From NCBI RefSeq assembly GCF_004010195.1, contig NC_057719.1:81072682-81136681 (forward strand): 64,000 nt of DNA, given 5' to 3'. Shown here one piece after another: positions 12,797 through 23,424 of this stretch. Positions within the stretch are counted from its first letter, which is position 1. Every line of letters starts with the position of its first letter. Position numbers and translations under genes: made by a program. Under the pieces are notes generated by a model. It saw nothing but the letters and a program-made list of their open reading frames with translations. It was not told the origin of the DNA and searched no databases. The DNA is from Chiloscyllium plagiosum. Lineage: Eukaryota.

Positions 12797-12929
12797 CGGG
12801 AGGTGTTGCCTTTTGGTAAAGCAAACCAAGGAAGGACTTGTACAGTTAATGGTAGATCCCTGGGGAATGTTGCTGAACAAAGAGGTTTAGTGCAGCAAGT
12901 GCATAAGCAATTGGAAGTGAAGTTGCAGG
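12797..12929 (+). mobile_element. CR1 fragment, 5' part (continues at 17280 after the LTR element)
   Basis: EVLPFGKANQGRTCTVNGRSLGNVAEQR; joins colinearly with 17280 across the CAGG duplication. Confidence 0.8.
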
Positions 12930-13504
12930 TGTTAGGTTCTTTTCAAGAGGTTTCACACACAAGAGGCGTTTTGCACACACCATAAACAAGTTTATTAAAG
13001 CATGTACAAGTTAGGTGACCCCCTTTGACCCAAGTGAAGCCCTGAGTAAAGAAAATACATGCCCTTTATACAAGTCAGTTAGCAATGCTACATTTGCTCT
13101 GGCCACTTCCCAATAGTCACATGCCACTCAAGACAACCCCAGTTACTCAGTCACGTTACCCCAGGTACAGTGGCAGGATGAGATCATCCTCAGAGATAAT
13201 GCAAATATTAATGCCCTACTCCTGAGGGATCAAATGCAGATGATTTCCTGACTGAGTGATTCCCCAACACAATGCAGGTGCGACATTAACTCTGTCCAGA
13301 AACCATTTCTGAATGGAAGAGATTGAACGATAGTTTAACTTGACAATAGCAAGGAGGAATAGTAGCAAATGACTGTCTAATTGGAGAGGGAAGCATTCAC
13401 ATTCCTTCATGATTGTTGTCCTCACTGAAAGACAGTGCAGATTAACCCTTTAATATGACATTAATGTCCAGAGAGACAGTACATTTTAATCTTTTAACAT
13501 TACA
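12930..13504 (-). repeat. 3' LTR
   Basis: Aligns by eye with 16661-17279; on minus, TATAAA (~13065-13070) is followed by AATAAA (~12991-12996); adjacent to PPT AAGAGGGAGGAA. Confidence 0.9.
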
Positions 13505-13867
13505 TTCCTCCCTCTTATCATTCCATGATAACCACCTAGATGACACTGCCAGCTTTCATAAGATTCTGACAGCCAGTATTTAAGCAACTTATTGATACAC
13601 AACATGCAATGATTATAACAACAAAAATTACTAGTCAATTCAGTAGATAGAATTTCTAGGATCCTCCCATGTGGGAAAAAGTTCACTATTAAAGTTCTTA
13701 AATCCACAGTCCTTAATGAACACTCCATCTGCTCCTAGTCGAGTGGAAATGAGCCAGTTATCCAAGATCTCCTTCAGTAAAGTCCAACCTGAAAAGAAAA
13801 TTCAGTCTATCCTTGCACACCACTCCACGGAGAAATCCGAGTTCTTGGATAAGGGCAGTTAAATACT

Positions 13868-14184
13868 TAAACAAAACTGACAAGACTTCCATCCTTTCGG
13901 AGATGCTTCAGATGGAGGATACAGTGCATTTGAACATACAGCAGCTGCTGCAGCTACAGGCTAGGTGAATGCAGCTTTCTTTGCTGCTTCTGCTCCTGCT
14001 CTGCTGGTAAACATAACAAAGCCATCTGGTTGTTGTGATCAGCTTGATCAGTGAAGCTTCATATCCTTTAAATCCTTTATCCTTTAAAGACAAGGTAAAG
14101 CTCATATGGTTTAATGTCCATAGGAAAGCCACTGACAAATAGCGTACAGACCTCCTCTTCACTGTTGCTAGTTTTTGTGCTCAT
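13868..14184 (-). pseudogene. RBPMS2: Processed pseudogene of RBPMS2/RBPMS (RRM RNA-binding protein), internally deleted
   Basis: Minus strand, with frameshifts: MSTKTSNSEEEVCTLFVSGFPMDIKPYELYLVF / FKGYEASLIKL / QPDGFVMFTSRAGAEAAK / AFT*PVAAAA / YPPSEASPKGWKSCQFC. Matches the RBPMS-family RRM (EEEVRTLFVSGLPxDIKPRELYLLF..FKGYEGSLIKL) and C-terminus (GWKSRQFC); no introns. Confidence 0.88.
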
Positions 14185-15546
14185 GACTGGGGAGCAGATT
14201 GAATCCTTTAGGTCAGGTTGTGGAGAGGTGGGCGGTGGTCCAAAGATGTGCTTTACCTGTGAATGGAGAAACTCGAGAGATAATGTTAGCTGCTGAAAGC
14301 ATATTTGCATTTTCTCTCTCATTCCTTCCTGGCCAAGGTGGCTATCAGTATGAAGACAGTCACACATTTAACTACACTAAATTGTGTCTACCTTTTTCAA
14401 CTTCTCAGTCATCTTGAAGTCTGTTAGTCTATTCACTATTTATGACATTATCAAGTTTGATACAATCCATAAACTTCTAAATTATACTGCCTAAACAATT
14501 CAGTCAGTTATAAACAACAATCAATGGTCCTAAAATCAAACCTTCGGATACTTCATTCAGGTTATTCAAAAATTATTTTCCTTTAACAAATTGATACTTT
14601 GTCAACGTGAAAGCTGTCAGGAAAAGTATTTCAAGAATCTGGAACAGCAAGAAAACAACAACATGTTTCCTGGGCTTTAGCCATTGAAGAGGCAGTTTCA
14701 GTTCAGATTTAAATCTCAAAATATTCGTGGCAAATAAATGCAAAACATTAAAATATGTTCTCCAAATGAAACTTCCTAAATAAAACATTCGGAATTACAG
14801 TGGCAACTTTGGTAGAGATCAACATGCTTTGAATTTGCAATATGAAGGGGCCAATGAAGTCTTAACAATAATTAAAAGAACTGAAACAGCTCAGCCTCAA
14901 GTTCTTCTCTAAAATCTTAACAAAACATCAGACTTAAAATGCACTCGTCCTTTTGTGAACACTGCATTAAAAACACAGCAGCAAAGATATTTTAATACAA
15001 TACCCTCATCTGGCCAAAGCATGGCCACTGACAATTGTTTTTTTTCAAACAGGCATTGTAGATTTTCAAACAAATCAGGGGCTCAAGGCACTCAATCAAT
15101 TTGTTTTAAGATTACAAGTTTGATCATTTTAAAAAGGACATAGTGTACAATTTCAATGTAAAAACAAAATCAGCCCTATTACATAGCCCACAAGCACATT
15201 GAATTGAGATCTTAATTCAAACAAGGCAAAACAGTTACTTAAAAGGATTTTCTGAACCAGGATTTTAACAAACCAAGATATTTAAATATCAAACAATCAC
15301 AGTATAGCACAATTTACATTAACACTTCCCCCCCTCGACCCAAGTACTAGTACAACCTTAATTTCAGCATTTTTTGAAGAGCCTTTGGTCAGAATTGTTC
15401 TCATTTGGGACACCATGCCGTCCCAAAAGTACATCTAAGGGGAGGTGTGGGGGACAAAGGCGATAACTTTAAGTACCAAATTCTAACTTTTTTTTATCGG
15501 AGCCTCAAACCTCGATGTCTGTAGAGGACTTTAAACTCCTTTCTAC

Positions 15547-15770
15547 CTGGGGACTCTGACCCCTTTTTAACCCTGGGACTCTAACCCAGATTCAACCCTG
15601 GGACTCGAACCCGGATTTTAACCCTGGGACTCTAACCTGGATTTTAACCGTGGGACTCTAACCCGGATTCACCCCTGGGACTCTAATCCAGCTTTAACTG
15701 TGGGACTCTAACCCCAGTTTAACTGGGGGGACTCTAACCCTGACTTAACCCTGAGGACGTTAACCTCGAC
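15547..15770. repeat. 25-26 bp tandem repeat (CTGGGACTCTAACCCGGATTTTAACC), about 8-9 units, in the LTR element leader
   Basis: Directly visible reiteration of GGGACTCTAACCC. Confidence 0.85.
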
Positions 15771-15992
15771 GTAATCCTTTTCAAAACCCTTTTAAAACCC
15801 AGCTTCGCCCAAAATGACTCGTTTGTGTGCAAGTGTGCAAGTTACCTCAAAGATTCTGTCACCACAAAGTCCCAGGAAACGAAGGGTCAACTCTGTGTTA
15901 AGTTTAGACAGGGAGATCAAGGTGAAGTTACTTTGTAGGCCCATCCGTCTCACACAACCAACACTCAGACGATCGCTTATTCAGAAGCTTTA

Positions 15993-16628
15993 TAGAGTCA
16001 TAGAGATGTACAGCATGGAAACAGACCCTTCGGTCCAACCCGTCCATGCCGACCAGATATCCCAACCCAATCTAGTCCCACCTGCCAGCACCCGGCCCAT
16101 ATCCCTCCAAACCCTTCCTGTTCATATACCCATCCAAATGCCCCTTAAATGTTGCAATTGTAACAGCCTCCACCACATCCTCTTTTGTATCTTTAGGTCT
16201 CTTTTAAATCTTTCCCCTCTCATGCTAAATCTAGGCCCTCTAGTTCTGGACTCCCCGACCCCAGGGAAAAGACTTTGCCTATTTACCCTATTCATGTCCC
16301 TCATAATTTTGTAAACCTCTATAACATCACTCCTCAGGCTCCGACTCTCCAGGGAAAACAGCCCCAGCCTGTTCAGCCTCTCCCTATAGCTCAAATCCTC
16401 CAACCCTGGCAACATCCTTGTAAATCTTTTCTGAACCCTTTCAAATTTCACAATATCTTTCCGACAGGAAGGAGACCAGAATTGCACGCAATATTCCAAC
16501 AGTGGCCTAACCAATGTCCTGTACAGCCACAACATGACCTCCCAACTCCTGTACTCAATACTCTGACCGATAAAGGAAAGCATACCAAACACCTTCTTCA
16601 CTATCCTATCTACCTGCGACTCCACTTT
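15993..16628 (-). mobile_element. CR1 3' fragment nested inside the LTR element
   Basis: KVESQVDRIVKK..LVRPLLEYCVQFWSP; CR1 3' tail (..TCTATGACTCTA on minus). Confidence 0.9.
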
Positions 16629-16642
16629 GTGTATGTTGGAAG

Positions 16643-16658
16643 CCCACCGCTGCCACCA
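16643..16658 (-). promoter_or_regulatory. Primer-binding site complementary to the tRNA-Leu 3' end
   Basis: Minus strand TGGTGGCAGCGGTGGG lies 2 nt after the LTR; plus strand CCCACCGCTGCCACCA equals the 3' end of vertebrate tRNA-Leu(AAG) including CCA. Confidence 0.85.
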
Positions 16659-16660
16659 TA

Positions 16661-17279
16661 TGTTAGGTTTTTTTCCCGAGGTTTCACACACGAGATACAA
16701 TTCGCAGACATCAAGCTGTTGAAGTTTATTAAAGCTTATACATGCTAGGTGACTCTCTTTGACCCCCCACAGGCATCCGAGATTGAGTCAAAGTGAGGCC
16801 CTAAACAAAGAAAACACATCTCCTTTATACAGGTCAGTCGATAATGCTCCAGGGTCTGGGCAGGAGATGGTCTGGCCACTCCCCCATAGGCACATGCCAC
16901 TCAAGACAGCCCCCAGTTACTCACAGTTACATGTTACCCCAGGTACAATGGCAGGTTGAGATCATCCTCACAGATAATGCAAATGCTAATGCCCTAATCC
17001 TGGGGAATCGTTATGCAGACAATTTCCTGACTCAGTGATCCCTCAGACAATGCAGGTGCAACATACCTCTGGCCAGAAAGCATTTCTGAATGGAAGAGAT
17101 TGAACGATAGTTTAACTTGACAATAGCAAGGGGTAGTAACAAATGACTGTCTAATTGGAGAGGGAGTCATTCGTATTCCTTCAGGATTGTTATTCCCCAC
17201 CCAAAGACAGGGCAGTTTAATCCTTTAATATTACATTAATGTCCAGAGAGATAGTACAATTTAATCTTTTAACATTACA
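16661..17279 (-). repeat. 5' LTR
   Basis: TGTTAGG...CATTACA, homologous to 12930-13504, adjacent to the PBS. Confidence 0.9.
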
Positions 17280-17932
17280 CAGGTAGACAAGGTGGTGAAG
17301 AAGGCGTTTGGTACACTTGCTTTTATTGGTTGGAACACAAGTATAGGAAGTGGGATGTCATGTTGTGACTGTACAGGACATTGGTGAGGCCACCTTTGGA
17401 ATACTGCGTATAGCTCTGGTTGCCCACGTGTAGTAAGGATGTTGTTAAACTTGACAAGGTTCAGGAAAGATTTACAACAATGTTGCTGGGACTGGAGGGT
17501 TTGAGTTATATGGACAGGCTGAAAAGACTGAAGCTGTTTTCCCTGGAGCATCAGATGCCAAAAGGTGACATTATAGAGGTTTATAAAATCATGAGGGGCA
17601 TAGATAGGGTGAAGAGCCAAAGTCTTTTTCCTAGGGTGGGGGAGTCCAACACTAGGTGGCATAGGGTTAAGGTGAGAGGGGAAAGGTTGAAAAGGGACCT
17701 GAGGGGCAACATTTTCACAGGGGATGTGTGAAGGGAATGAGCTGCCAGAGGAGGTTTTGGAGGCTGGTACAATTACACCGTTTAAAATGGATCTGGATGG
17801 GTGTATGAATATGAAGGGTTTAAAGGAATATGGGCCAAATGGTGGAAAATGGGACTAGGTCAGATTGGGACAACTGGTTGGCATGGATGAGTTGGACTGA
17901 AGGGTCTGTTTCCATGCTGTATGACTCTATGA
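17280..17932 (+). mobile_element. CR1 3' fragment (host of the LTR insertion)
   Basis: DVVKLDKVQERFTTMLLGLEGLSY..; tail TATGACTCTATGA. Confidence 0.9.
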
Positions 17933-18159
17933 CAATAAGAGAGTGATCCCAGAGAGACATCCCGGAGAAACACAATCCCAGACACAATCCATAAAGAGAA
18001 TATGATCCCTGGTCATGATTCCAGAAAGACCACGATTCCAGATCATGATCCTGGAGAGAACATGATCCCAGTCAGTGATCCCAGGGACACTACAATATCA
18101 GATGGTGATCCCAGATAATACAGTACGAAATAGTGACCCCAAACAGAACATGACACAGG

Positions 18160-18860
18160 ATATAAGAGCAGGGAGGCTATGTTGGAACTGTACAAAATTT
18201 TGGTTAGACAAATGATTCTAAAAGGTCACTGACTTGAAATGTTAATTGCTTTCTCTCCGCAGATGCTGCCACACCTACTGAGTTTCTCTAGTAACTTCTG
18301 TATTTTCAGATCTTCAGCATCTGCAACATTTTTATTTGGTTCAGCTACAGCTGGAGTACAGTGTGCAGTTCTGTCACCACACTATAGGACAAAGGTGATT
18401 GCACTATAAGGGGTGCAGAGGAGATTCACCAGGATGTTGCCTGGATTGGAGCTGCTTAGCTATGAAGACGGGCTGAATAAGCTTGAGTTATTTTCTTTAG
18501 AGCAGAGAAGGTTGAGAGGGGACATGATTGAAGGGTTTCACAGTATGAACAAGGGATAGGAAGCAAGTGTTGCCCTTGGTTGAATGATCAGTAATGAGAG
18601 GACGTAATTTTAAGATTAAGCACAGAAGGTTCAGAGGATTTTAGCAAACATATTTTCTCCCAAGTGGTGGGAATCTCGAATACACTGCCTGGGACAGTAG
18701 TGGAGGCAGGAAATCTCACAACCTTTAACAAGTCAAAAATGGATGAGCACTTGAAATATCATAACATTCAAAGCGATGGGTCATGTGCTGGCAAATGGGA
18801 CTAGTGTAGATAGGTCAGCGCAAACTCGATAGGCCGATGGCTTTTTCTATGCTCTATGAC
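18160..18860 (+). mobile_element. Older CR1 3' fragment with a short inserted repeat (~18215-18335)
   Basis: CTGGAGTAC..GTGCAGTTCTG, GGGGTGCAGAGGAGATTCACCAGGATGTTGCCTGG and a CR1-like tail. Confidence 0.75.
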
Positions 18861-19728
18861 AAATCCAAAACAGTGAAACCAGATCATAGATTTCCTAGTA
18901 GTGCTCCCAAATAAAACACAATCACAAAATGATCCCGAAGAGAACACATTCCCAGACAATGATCCCAGGGACGTTACAATCCCAGCCAGTGATCCTGGTG
19001 AGAACTGTTGACAGCCATAATAAAGAGGGTGCATGGCTCCCAAATGGGGCAGACCTCTGCCCCTCTAAACAACAGAGGAGGCAATAGTCTACTTGTATTA
19101 ACCATACACAATTAACCCAGAGACCCAGGTAATGTCCTGAGGACCCGTTGAACTCCCACTATGGCAGATAGTGGAATTTGAATTCAAGAAAATATCTGGA
19201 ATTTACATTCTAATGATGACCATAAAACTGTTGGAGAAACTCAGAAGGTCCAGCAGCATCAGTGAAGAGAAAGCAGAGTTGCTATTTCAGGTCCAGTGAC
19301 CTTTCTTGCACAAAGCAATTTCTGTTTCAGGTTTACAGCATCTCCATTTCTTTTTACTATAAAGCCATTGTTGATTGTCAGAAAAACCCACTTAGTTCAC
19401 TAATCTCCTTTTAGAAAGGAAATCTGATGTTAATAGATTTGGACTACATGTGACTCCAGACCCATAGCAGCATGGTTGACTCTTAACCACCTTCCAGGCA
19501 ATTAAGGATGGGCAATAAATGCTGGCCTAGCCAGTGATGTCCACATCCCATTAATAAATTAAATAAAAATTCCCAAACACCTTCATGTAGTCTGATCTGC
19601 AGACAACTCCACAATGGTCTGTCACTGTTCCACATTCATGGACTTACTGCCAACTGATTACATGATGCTACTATTGGTAGAAAGTTCCGATGAGATTTTC
19701 AGTTTTTGGTTCCTCAGCTGAACAAGGA

Positions 19729-20886
19729 CTTCAGTAAGGCGTTCGACAAGGTTCCCCATGGGAGACTGGTTAACAACGTTAGATCTCATGGAATACAGGG
19801 AGAACTAGCCATTTAGATACAGAACTGGCTCAAAGATAGAAGACAGAGGGTGGTGGTGGAGGGTTGTTTTTCAGACTGGAGGCCTGTGACCAGTGGAGTG
19901 CCACAAGGATCGGTGCTGGGCCCTCTACTTTTTGTCATTGACATAAATGATTTGGATGCGAGCATAAGAGGTACAGTTAGTAAGTTTGCAGATGACACCA
20001 AAATTAGAGGTGTAGTGGACAGCGAAGAAGGTTACTTCAGATTACAACAGGATCTTGATCAGATGGGACTGAGAAGTGGCAGATGAAGTTTAATTCAGAT
20101 AAATGTGAGGTGCTGGATTTTGGGAAAGCTATTCTTAGCAGGACGTATACACTTAATGGTAAGGTCCTAGGGAGTGTTGCTGAACAAAGAGACCTTGGAG
20201 TGCAGGTTCATAGCTCCTTGAAAGTGGAGTCACAGGTAGATAGGATAGTGACGAAGGCATTTGGTATGCTTTCCTTTATTGGTCAGAGTATTGAGTACAG
20301 GAGTTGGGAGGTCATGTTGTGGCTGTACAGGTCATTGGTGAGGCCACTGTTGGAATATTGCGTGCAATTCTGGTCTCCTTCCTATCGGAAAGATGTTGTG
20401 AAACTTGAAAGAGTTCAGAAAAGCTTTACAAGGATGTTGCCAGGGTTGGAGGATTTGAACTACAGGGAGAGGCTGAACAGGCTGGGGCTGTTTTCCCTGG
20501 AGCATCAGAGGCTGAGGGGTGACCTTATAGAGGTTTACAAAATGATGAGGGACATGGATAGGGTAAATAGATAAAGTCTTTTCCCTGGGGTTGGGGAGTC
20601 CAGAACTAGAGGACATAGGTTTAGGGTGAGAGGGGAAAGACATAAAAGAGACCTAACGGGCAACATTTTCACGCAGAGGGTGGTACGTGTATGGAAAGAG
20701 CTGCCAGAGGATGTGGTGGAGGCTGGTACAACTACAACATTTAAAAGACATTTGGATGGGTATATGGAAGGGTTTGGAGGGATATGGGCTGGGTGCTGGC
20801 AGGTGGGACTAGATTGGGTTGGGAAATCTGGTCAGCATAGACGAGTTGGACCAAAGGGTTTGTTTCCGTGCTGTACATCTCTATGA
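19729..20886 (+). mobile_element. CR1 LINE 3' fragment (RT), relatively well preserved
   Basis: [42 protein letters not shown]. Confidence 0.93.
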
Positions 20887-21129
20887 GGAGAAAGTGAGGA
20901 CTGCAGATGCTGTAGATCAGAGCTGAAATGTGTTGCTGGAAAAGCGCAACAGGTCAGGCAGCATCCAAGGAGCAGGAGAATCGACGTTTCGGGCATGAGC
21001 CCTTCTTCAGGAAAGAAGGGCTCTTCAGGAAAATTCCTGAAGAAGGGCTCATGCCCGAAACGTCGATTCTCCTGCTCCTTGGATGCTGCCTGACCTGCTG
21101 CGCTTTTCCAGCAACACATTTTCAGCTCA
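20887..21129. mobile_element. Palindromic Penelope-derived mini-element with 14-bp TSD
   Basis: Inverted arms around ~21015-21035; GTACATCTCTATGA at 20873-20886 and 21130-21143. Confidence 0.8.
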
Positions 21130-21168
21130 GTACATCTCTATGACTCTAAGGAGATGTGAATTAACTTT

Positions 21169-21368
21169 AAAAATCACACAACACCAGGTTATAGTCCAAC
21201 AGGTTTAATTGGAAGCACTAGCTTTCGGAGCGACGCTCCTTCATCAGCTGGTTGTAAGCGTCGCTCCGAAAGCTAGTGCTTCCAATTAAACCTGTTGGAC
21301 TATAACCTGGTGTTGTGTGATTTTTAACTTTGTACACCCCAGTCCAACACCAGCTTCTCCACATCATA
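21169..21368. mobile_element. Palindromic mini-element of a second Penelope-like family with 10-bp TSD
   Basis: AAAATCACACAACACCAGG...CCTGGTGTTGTGTGATTTT arms; AATTAACTTT at 21159-21168 and 21369-21378. Confidence 0.8.
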
Positions 21369-22183
21369 AATTAACTTTGGTACCCATGTTGCTGTCACTT
21401 GTGATGCAAGATGTGTGATTTAACTATATTATTATCATTTATTTTTGAATTTGAATTTTGAACTGCTGGCATATGATTTTTCCGTGTGTTTGGCGGAAGG
21501 AGGTTGACAATTGGCTACTAAGTACTTCTGTCACCATAGTGATTTTGTTTTAAAAATGCTATGAGAGAGAGAGTTTGTCTTGTGTAATGGGGTCTTAGCT
21601 TCATTGGGAGAGTTTTACAAGCAAAGTAATACAGTTGTGCATTTGGCATTCCATGTAGAAGGTCAGGAATGGATATTTTTTACTTTTGACTGAGGGAAGC
21701 AGTCAAGCTTGAAAAAAAAATTGACATTTCAGTTCTGTAGAAGTCTTGACTGAAGCTGCATATGTAGAAAGCCACTCCTGAGAAAGGGAGATTGTTTAGA
21801 ACTGCTAAGAAATTGATTACCTCCATGTAAGGAGTTTTCTTTTATAGTTCCAGACCAGAGGTATTTGGTCATAACCCTGAAGGGGTCAGTTGAAGATGAG
21901 AAAGTTCACACTCAAGTTGTATGAAGGGTCAAAGGAGAAGTGATCAGATTCTCCAAACTGGTTATTGAAGGCACAGCTAAATCAAACCGTCTGTGTGTTG
22001 TATTATCTCTGGTGTTGTTACATGTGGAATTGGGATTAAGGGGATTGTAGTTTCTATGTGTTTCAAAATCTTGAACGTCATTTTCTGCTTTTCCCAGATA
22101 TATTTTTCTGTAGTGCGGACCTCCAAGAGCCACACCCAGTAGCAACTTCTGTGGGCTTAAGTCAACACTGGGGAGTTTTGTTT

Positions 22184-23100
22184 AACAAAGAGACCTTGAA
22201 GTACAGGTTCATAGCTCCTTGAAAATGGAGTTGCAGATACTTAGGATAGTGAAGAGGGCATTTGGTGTGCTTATCTTTATTGGTCAGTGCCGAAAAGTGT
22301 GGTGCTGGAAAAGCACAACCGGTCAGGCAGCATCCAAGGAGGCTTCATTCCTGATGAAGAGCTCATACCTGAAACATCGACTGTCCTAATTCTCAGATGC
22401 TGCCTGACCGGCTGTGCTTTTCCAGCACCACACTTTTCGAGTCTGATCTCCAGCATCCGCAGTCCTCACTTTCTCCTCCCTGATTGGTCAGTGCATTCAG
22501 TATAGGAGGTGGGAGGTCATGTTGCGGCTGTATAGGACATTGGTTAGGTCACTTTTGGAATACTGTGTTCAATTCTGTTCTCCCTGATATATATTAAATA
22601 TTAAGGGTTCAGAAAAGGTGCACAAGGGCATTGCCAGGTTTGGAAGTGGGGGTGTGGTTGAGCTATAAGGAGAGGCTGAACAGGCTGGGGCTATTTTCCC
22701 TGGAACGATGGAGGCTGAAGGCTGACCTTATAAAAGTTTATAAAATTATGAGAGGCATGGATAGGGTGAATAGCCAAGGTCCTTTCCCCATGTTGGGGGA
22801 ATCCAAAACAATAGGGCACAGGTTTACGGTAAGAGGGTAAGATTTAAACGGGACCTAAGAGGCAGCTTTTTCACTCAGAGGGTGGAGCGTGTATGGAATG
22901 AGCTGCCAGAGGAAGTGGTGGAAGCTGGTACAATTACAACATTTAAAAAGCATCTGGATGGCTATATGAATAGGATGGGTTTAGAGGGAGACGGGCCAAA
23001 TGCTGATAAATGTGACTAGATTAATTTAGGATATCTGGTCACCATGGACGAATGAGTTGGACCAATGGGTCTTATTTCCATGCTGTACATCTCCACGATC
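22184..23100 (+). mobile_element. CR1 3' fragment with a palindromic mini-element inserted (~22291-22482)
   Basis: SYKERLNRLGLFSLERWRLKADLIKVYKIM; the insert is flanked by duplicated ATTGGTCAGTGC. Confidence 0.85.
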
Positions 23101-23424
23101 TAATCCATCAGCATGTTAATCAGCATGTACAGGATGTCCAAGTGGCTGTGCCACATTGCTTGTGTTATATAGTTTAATTAATTCTATTTTATCTTTTTTT
23201 TTCTTTGCATAATAAACTTGCATTTTACTGATAAAACTACACCTGTAGCATCATGGGCTTGTGTTTCAGTGAAAGATCACCTCATTAGTACCAAAATAAA
23301 AATATGATTTGTCAAGTCTAATTTCAGAATGAGATCCGACTTGCCCAGTAATAAAATCAGTTGGGAACATCAAGTTTGATAACCAGGGGCTGGTGAAATT
23401 ATCTACTTCTACATATATCCCAAT

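Larger units (their letters stand above)
12930..17279 (-). mobile_element. Non-autonomous LTR retroelement (ERV-like) carrying an RBPMS2-like retrocopy
   Basis: Direct repeats 12930-13504 and 16661-17279, both TG...CA; CAGG TSD at 12926-12929 and 17280-17283; tRNA-Leu PBS 16643-16658 and PPT 13505-13516 on minus; no recognisable gag/pol/env. Confidence 0.9.

Noticed and set aside
11772..12890. Long repetitive ORFs (350, 262 and 120 aa) and a CRISPR-like appearance
   Set aside because: They are translations of a 30-bp minisatellite that is open in several frames; there are no unique spacers or cas genes, and the context is eukaryotic.
14077..14367. Functional RBPMS2 gene or exon
   Set aside because: The sequence is intronless, frameshifted, contains a stop and an internal deletion, and lies inside an LTR element.
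15547..15770. Interstitial telomere (TAACCC)
   Set aside because: TAACCC occurs only inside a 25-26 bp unit, not as tandem hexamers.
21529..23420. Possible solo LTR split by a CR1
   Set aside because: It has LTR-like composition and an AATAAA, but I could not define termini, a TSD or a second copy.
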